Assembly: GCA_964016885.1 (NCBI GenBank) | Contig: OZ024750.1 | Location: 52,142,001 to 52,206,000, forward strand | Direction of reading: 5' to 3' | DNA: 64,000 nt | From: Eledone cirrhosa | Lineage: Eukaryota | Shown: positions 57,391-64,000 of the stretch, one piece after another | How the letters are laid out: the number at the start of each line of letters is the position of its first letter | Numbering within the stretch: position 1 is the stretch's first letter | Translations under genes and position numbers: made by a program | Notes under the pieces: generated by a model | The model's input: only the letters and a program-made list of their open reading frames with translations | What the model was told of the DNA's origin: nothing | Databases searched by the model: none

Positions 57391-59310
57391 CGACTGCATT
57401 CTGTAAAACTAGTCGGCTGTGACATAGTGTTTAGTAAGGTGTGTTGTAGCAGTCCTCTTCATTCTGAAAGATCAATTTATTAGATATATTACTTTATTAT
57501 AGTTTAGATAGTAACGATATACTAAAATTACAATAATCTAGGGTACCTCCTATAACTTCCTCTCCCCAAAAATCTCAAAACCTCTGGAATGCACCTTGTA
57601 TATATTAACTATGGCTGTGTAGCTAAGAAGTTTGCTTTGCAACCATCTTTTAGAGTTCGATCTTACTGTATAGCACCCTACGCAAGTGACTTCTATGAAA
57701 GCTTCAGACGGACCGCACGCATGCACACACAGACAGACAGACAGACAGAGAGAGAGTAATGTGGTTGGTGTTAAGGTGCTCCATCTGTAGTAACCAAGCC
57801 AAAATACAGATCTGTATGAGCAAGACGTGGTCTTCTGGCCTTTTGATGTGACAACCCATTTCACCCATGGAAAATAGACATGTTGCTACAGTACAATAGA
57901 AATATTTCTTATTCTACTTTAACTTTTGCCATATTATCTAAACAAATCTCTAGTTAGACCTAATCATATCACTATTATTTCACCATATATGTGAATGTGT
58001 TTGTCTCCTTGTGTCTTTGTATTGGTGCTGCTTGGACAGAAGTGATGTTTGCTTACATCCTGCATAAGTAATGTCCTGAGACTCAGTGCTTTTGACATTC
58101 AAAGACCAGTAGAATAAAGTAAGTACCTCACTTGAAAACAAGTAAGAGTTAGCATTCAGGGCATCCAGTTATAGAATACTGCCTCAAGAAGTTTCATCCA
58201 ACCCATACATAATCCATTGCCGAGTTTAACACCACCACTTGATCTTCTGGTGCATTGAGCAGAGTCTATTCTGTTACAAGTATTTGGGCCTCCAGATTGA
58301 AGATACTGCCCTTCCAACAGTCTCTAGGGCCTTGTTGGAAAGGCAACACGTACAGTTTCTTACAACATAGTTATGTTTCAGCAAAGCAAGTTGATAGTTC
58401 ACTAAGCTTCTTTTCAGGAAGCATTCTTTAAATAATTGAATAAACATATCTATTTACTTGAATGACAATATTGAGTTCTGCCTCTCTTGTTGACCACCAA
58501 ATGTCACTAGATCTGAATACACGCACGCACACACACACACATTATAAATATGGGCTCACTCACACCTACCTACCTACCTACCTACCTATTATAAATATGG
58601 CTTACAATAGAATTATTTCTTTGGTATGACTGTTAAAACATATTTATCTGAAATTTTCAGTACCCATAAACCATATACGAAATGATTGTCTTAGTATATC
58701 TGTTATATTTATTTGTACTGAACTGGTTGATGTGAATATGTGTGTGGGTGATTGTTCATTATGGTGTCACAACAGACTCGGTAGTTTGAGTTGTGGGTCA
58801 ACGGCCCATCTCAGTTCTTGGTATGGTGCAGGAACATACGAGATGCTGCCCCTGGGATCAGTACCCCCACTTTTGTCAGTTTGGTCCAACTCTAGCAGGG
58901 AAAACAGACGTTAAATGATAATGATTCACATACACACAAAAGCTGTAACCTATTTCTATATATGAGAGAAATACCTCCATATCTTAAGAAATGCTAAAAC
59001 AAAAGTATTTATGGGAACATAATATATTAGCTCTCTTTCATATCTTTGTATTGAGCACACTTCCCACACATCTATGTAATAAATGTATTATATATATAAC
59101 TTCCCACAATTTCTTTACAAAATATCTATTGGAGAGACTCCAGCTGATATAAATATGTGAACTTTTCTCTTCATAATTTCTCTCCACCCTGAAATATATT
59201 TATCATATTGTTTTAAATCTTGTTTGTTTTGTCTTGGTAAATATATCTTTAGAAAGTAGTTTTATAGATGAAAAAGCTTGTTTCTACTTCATCATTGGAA
59301 TGAATTTATA

Positions 59311-59490
59311 ATAATTGTTTCTACTTTAGGCACAAGGCCAGCAATTACCCAGTACATTACTGGTACTTTATTTTATCGACCCCGTAAGAATGAAAGGCAA
59401 AGTCAACCTCGGCGGGATTTGAACTCGGATCGTAAAGGGACGTCACTATGCTGGAAAGCATGGCGTCCGGCCCTCTACCGATACTGCCAA
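59311..59490 (-). mobile_element. tRNA-derived SINE
   Basis: Reverse-complement copy. Confidence 0.9.
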
Positions 59491-60388
59491 TTTATAATAA
59501 TGATGATTGCCATCATTGTTTTTTTTTTGTTTTTTGTCTGCTTTTCTATTGTGATGGTTAGATGGATATGGCAAGATACCCTTATTAGTATGGTAGATTA
59601 AGCTACAGGATGTTTGATAGAAGCCAACAGCATTGGTTTTAACTCTAGCATTTAAACTGGCCAGAATTCTGTCACCTCTTTCTGTTCAAACCGGCTATAA
59701 TTGACTGCTCATACTTATGTTAAAATAGTTTTCAAATCAAAATCTTGTAGATTCAATATTATGTGAAATAAAGGCCTTTACCGTGAAAATACAATAGTAA
59801 ATATAGAGTAATGTAAATGGTGGATTAAATACAATCAAGATGATGACACAGACAAATCTGTGTGTATATATTATAGTACAACCTTGGTATAGATATCCAT
59901 GGGTTTAGAGCACTCTGTAGGATGAGTTATGTGTGTTTCCCAGATTGCAGTTTCGTACACTCTAATCTTTGATTGACATTGCATACTGGCAACAAATCAG
60001 TTTATGTCCGTGTTTCATGCTGGGATGGGTTGGATGGGTTGTTACAATCTGAGACTAGACACATGAGAAACCTCAGCTTGCTCATATGTTCCATATTTAG
60101 CATGGTTTATACAACTTGATGCACTTCCAACCACCACTTTTACAGGGTATATCATCATCATTGTTTAATGTCCATCTTCCACGCTAGCATGGGTTAGACG
60201 GTATATTGAGTGTGTTTTATTGTGGCACTAGCATTACCATTTCACAGAATACTAGAAGCATTTTATAATAGTACCAGCACTAAAGAAGTGTCATATGCTT
60301 TGTCAGCCAGAAAAATCCTCTCTACTCTATATTATCTTTGATCACCAGCCACATTACAGAGTTTAATGCACACATACACACATACACA

Positions 60389-60474
<86 letters not shown>

Positions 60475-61622
60475 CAACAACCATATTTGCTTTGGTTACT
60501 GCTTGTACAATCTAAATTAAAATTCTTGTCTGTTGTGGGGAAGAGCAGCTAAAATGGTATTTTCTGCAGGGAAGAACTGAAGATTAAGTCTGCTGCAAAC
60601 TGATCTTGTGCACTGTAAAAATAGCACAGAACCTGCTGCCAGAATGCAGCTATCTCATGTTTTTTTTTATCATAATGAGGGTAGAGGTTTATTTATTTTT
60701 TCATGTTTTTGACAAGAGTAACCCTTTCATTACCATATTTCTATTAATGACAATGTTTATGGTTTTAAAATTATTCTGAAAATAAGAATTTGGAGGAATT
60801 TAGTAATATAATATTCTTGTTAAATTGGTGTGTGGAATATAACTTAAAGGTTCTTGCATAGAATTATGATGGGAGGGTTTTAGATAAATATAAAAACCTT
60901 AACCCATTTATTAACATATTTCTAATAAAAGACGTGTCTTATGAATTTCAAAAATGTTAAAGTGATTTAGAAATATATCTTTCTCTTTAAGTTAGTATTT
61001 TGTATAAACTTAAGGGTTCTTGCATAGGATTATGGGGAGAGGTTATTAGATAAATATAAATGCAAAGTTTTGTACCATAGAACCAAGGGTAGTTTCAAGT
61101 GGTTTGATATCAAAAGTGTAAACCAATTTAGATTTTGCATATTTTGATAAATAAATAGTGCTAGTGATCTATGCAATAAAAGCACCCAGTAAATGCTGTA
61201 AAGTGATTAGTGTTAGGAAGGACATCCAGCCATAGAAAGCTAGTCAAACAAGGGGTTAAGAGGACTCTTCAATTTGTGTCAAGACACAACTCAATATGAC
61301 TACAGGTTAGTGCCACCCCACCCCCCTTTCCGTGCTGACTTGGTCTATTTAAACCTGTCCAACCCTTGCTTGCAGGGAAAGTAGCCATTAAATGATATTT
61401 TGATAAATATTAAAATTAATTTTTGTTTATTATTTTTGTTAATTTTGTATCATTTACACACTTTAAAGCTAAATTTATTTGCTCTTGTTTGTATGATAAT
61501 TATGTCTAGTTATGTTTTTTGAGGAGGTCAGATTCTTCAATCTAACATTTTATTTATTGACATATTGGGGTAGGTTTAGAAGATTTATGTATATATAACC
61601 CTTTTTTTTTTTTTTTTTACAG

Positions 61623-61710
61623 AATTCCAAATAACAGCCTTATTTTTCTTGTATCTTGTTAAAATGGTTCCACATTTCTGTAATATAGAACAGAAACACC
61701 AAAGTAACAG
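61623..61710 (+). other. Candidate 88-nt internal exon
   Basis: Strong acceptor (long T run + ACAG), donor AG|GTTAAG; only one reading frame is open. Confidence 0.3.
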
Positions 61711-62047
61711 GTTAAGAAGGCATTGCTTGTTTCTATCAAGCTTTGGTGTGTTGTTGCCTTGTAAGGTGGTGATAGAGGGACGGAGGGGGTTATAGTGAGG
61801 GTGGGGTGCCAGAATTAGGTGGTAGTGGGTTTGGAAATAGTTGGGATGAGGAAGGATAGGGGTGACGAGGATAGGATGGGGAGGAAGAGAGATTAGGAAA
61901 GATTGGAGAAAGGGTTGGGGTTCAGTGATGTACCATGGATGAAAACTAATCCCAAGATATAAGGATCTTAGTAGAGGGAGAAATTTGAATCTCTCCTAGT
62001 GTAACATAGATAGGTTAATGGGGACAATATGTGTGTATGTATGTATG

Positions 62048-62091
<44 letters not shown>

Positions 62092-62164
62092 GTGTATAAT
62101 AAATAGTCACTGAGGTTTAAATAAACTTGAAACTCATAAATAATTGAACTTCTAGCTAAGTTTA

Positions 62165-62364
62165 NNNNNNNNNNNNNNNNNNNNNNNNNNNNNNNNNNNN
62201 NNNNNNNNNNNNNNNNNNNNNNNNNNNNNNNNNNNNNNNNNNNNNNNNNNNNNNNNNNNNNNNNNNNNNNNNNNNNNNNNNNNNNNNNNNNNNNNNNNNN
62301 NNNNNNNNNNNNNNNNNNNNNNNNNNNNNNNNNNNNNNNNNNNNNNNNNNNNNNNNNNNNNNNN
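62165..62364. other. Assembly gap (200 N)
   Basis: Run of N. Confidence 1.
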
Positions 62365-62640
62365 ACTGTCCCCCTACTACCATAGCACTGCGCCCCCCCC
62401 CCCCCACCATAGCACTGTATCCCCACTCTCACAGCTGTCGCCCCCCCCCCATTATCATAGCCTTGTCCCCCCTACTAACATAGCTCTGTCCTCCCTCACT
62501 ACCATAGCTCTGTCCTCCCTCACTACCATAGCCCTGTCCTCTCCCCCCACTACCATAGCTCCGTCCTCCCTCCACTACCCTACCTCTGCCCCCCCCCGCC
62601 CTCCATTCCCCCCCCCCCTTACTACCATAGCTCTGCTCCT
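62365..62640. repeat. Degenerate ~24-30-bp C-rich repeat CTACCATAGCTCTGTCCTCCC
   Basis: Directly visible. Confidence 0.75.
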
Positions 62641-62749
62641 CCCAACATTTCATTCTGTTTCACAAATTCTCTATATTCATTCTACTTAATCTTGATATCT
62701 TCAATTCAAAGCATGAATTGTTGCTGTTTAGACAAGGAGGGAGACAAAT

Positions 62750-64000
62750 GTATATATTATATGTATGTATATATTATATGTATGTATATATTATATGTAT
62801 GTATATATTATATGTATGTATATATTATATGTATGTATATATTATATGTATGTATATATTATATGTATGTATATATTATATGTATGTATATATTATATGT
62901 ATGTATATATTATATGTATGTATATATTATATGTATGTATATATTATATGTATATTATATGTATATATTATATGTATGTATATATTATATGTATGTATAT
63001 ATTATATGTATGTATATATTATATGTATGTATATATTATATGTATATGTATATATATATTATATGTATATATATATTATATGTATATATATATTATATGT
63101 ATATATATATTATATGTATATATATATTATATGTATATATATATTATATGTATATATATATTATATGTATATATATATTATATGTATATATATATTATAT
63201 GTATATATATATTATATGTATATATATATTATATGTATATATATATTATATGTATATATATATTATATGTATGTATATATTATATGTGTATATATTATAT
63301 GTATATTATATGTATATATATTATATGTATATATATTATATGTATATATATTATATGTATGTATATTATATGTATGTATATTATATGTATGTATATTATA
63401 TGTATGTATATTATATGTATATATATTATATGTATATATATTATATGTATGTATATTATATGTATGTATATTATATGTATGTATATATTATATGTATGTA
63501 TATATTATATGTATGTATATATTATATGTATGTATATATTATATGTATGTATATATTATATGTATGTATATATTATATGTATATATTATATGTATATATT
63601 GTATGTATATATTGTATATATATATATTGTATGTATATATATTGTATGTATATATATTGTATGTATATATATTGTATGTATATATATATGTATGTGTATA
63701 TATATATGTATGTGTATATATATATGTATGTGTATATATATATGTATGTGTATATATATATATGTATGTATATATATTATATGTATGTATATATATTATA
63801 TGTATGTATATATATTATATGTATGTATATATATTATATGTATGTATATATATTATATGTATGTATATATTATATGTATGTATATATTATATGTATGTAT
63901 ATATTATATGTATGTATATATTATATGTATGTATTATATGTATGTATGTATTATATGTATGTATGTATATATTATATGTATGTATGTATATATTATATGT
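62750..64000. repeat. AT-rich satellite, ~13-19-bp units (TATATATTATATGTATG)
   Basis: Directly visible to the window end. Confidence 0.95.

Noticed and set aside
61968-62432. ORFs spanning X residues
   Set aside because: They cross the N gap.

Overview
Eukaryotic, AT-rich and almost entirely repetitive DNA, most likely an octopus/coleoid cephalopod genome (inferred from the SINE, RTE and CR1 families and the TA/CA/TATG microsatellite load). No complete host gene is recognisable; only two weak candidate exons (~26.6 kb and ~61.6 kb) were seen. Contents: one near-full-length APE-RT LINE (RTE group) with a 5' inversion; fragments of R4/Dong, CR1, Tx1/L1, RNase H-bearing I-group and a second RTE LINE; at least five Penelope-like (GIY-YIG) fragments; Chapaev-like and mariner remnants; about ten tRNA-derived SINE copies; a non-autonomous RTE derivative; several minisatellites; one 200-N gap. 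The most notable signal is about 20 hammerhead-ribozyme motifs (CUGANGA...GAAA...UH) from several unrelated pseudo-LTR families. They show compensatory stem changes, unusual cores (CCGANGA, YUGACAA, CUUGAGAA), AUA triplets and very long stem II inserts. They sit in fold-back units inserted in (TA)n tracts and nest into a 5.4 kb stack at 46-51.5 kb. All calls are by eye; no searches or folding programs were run.
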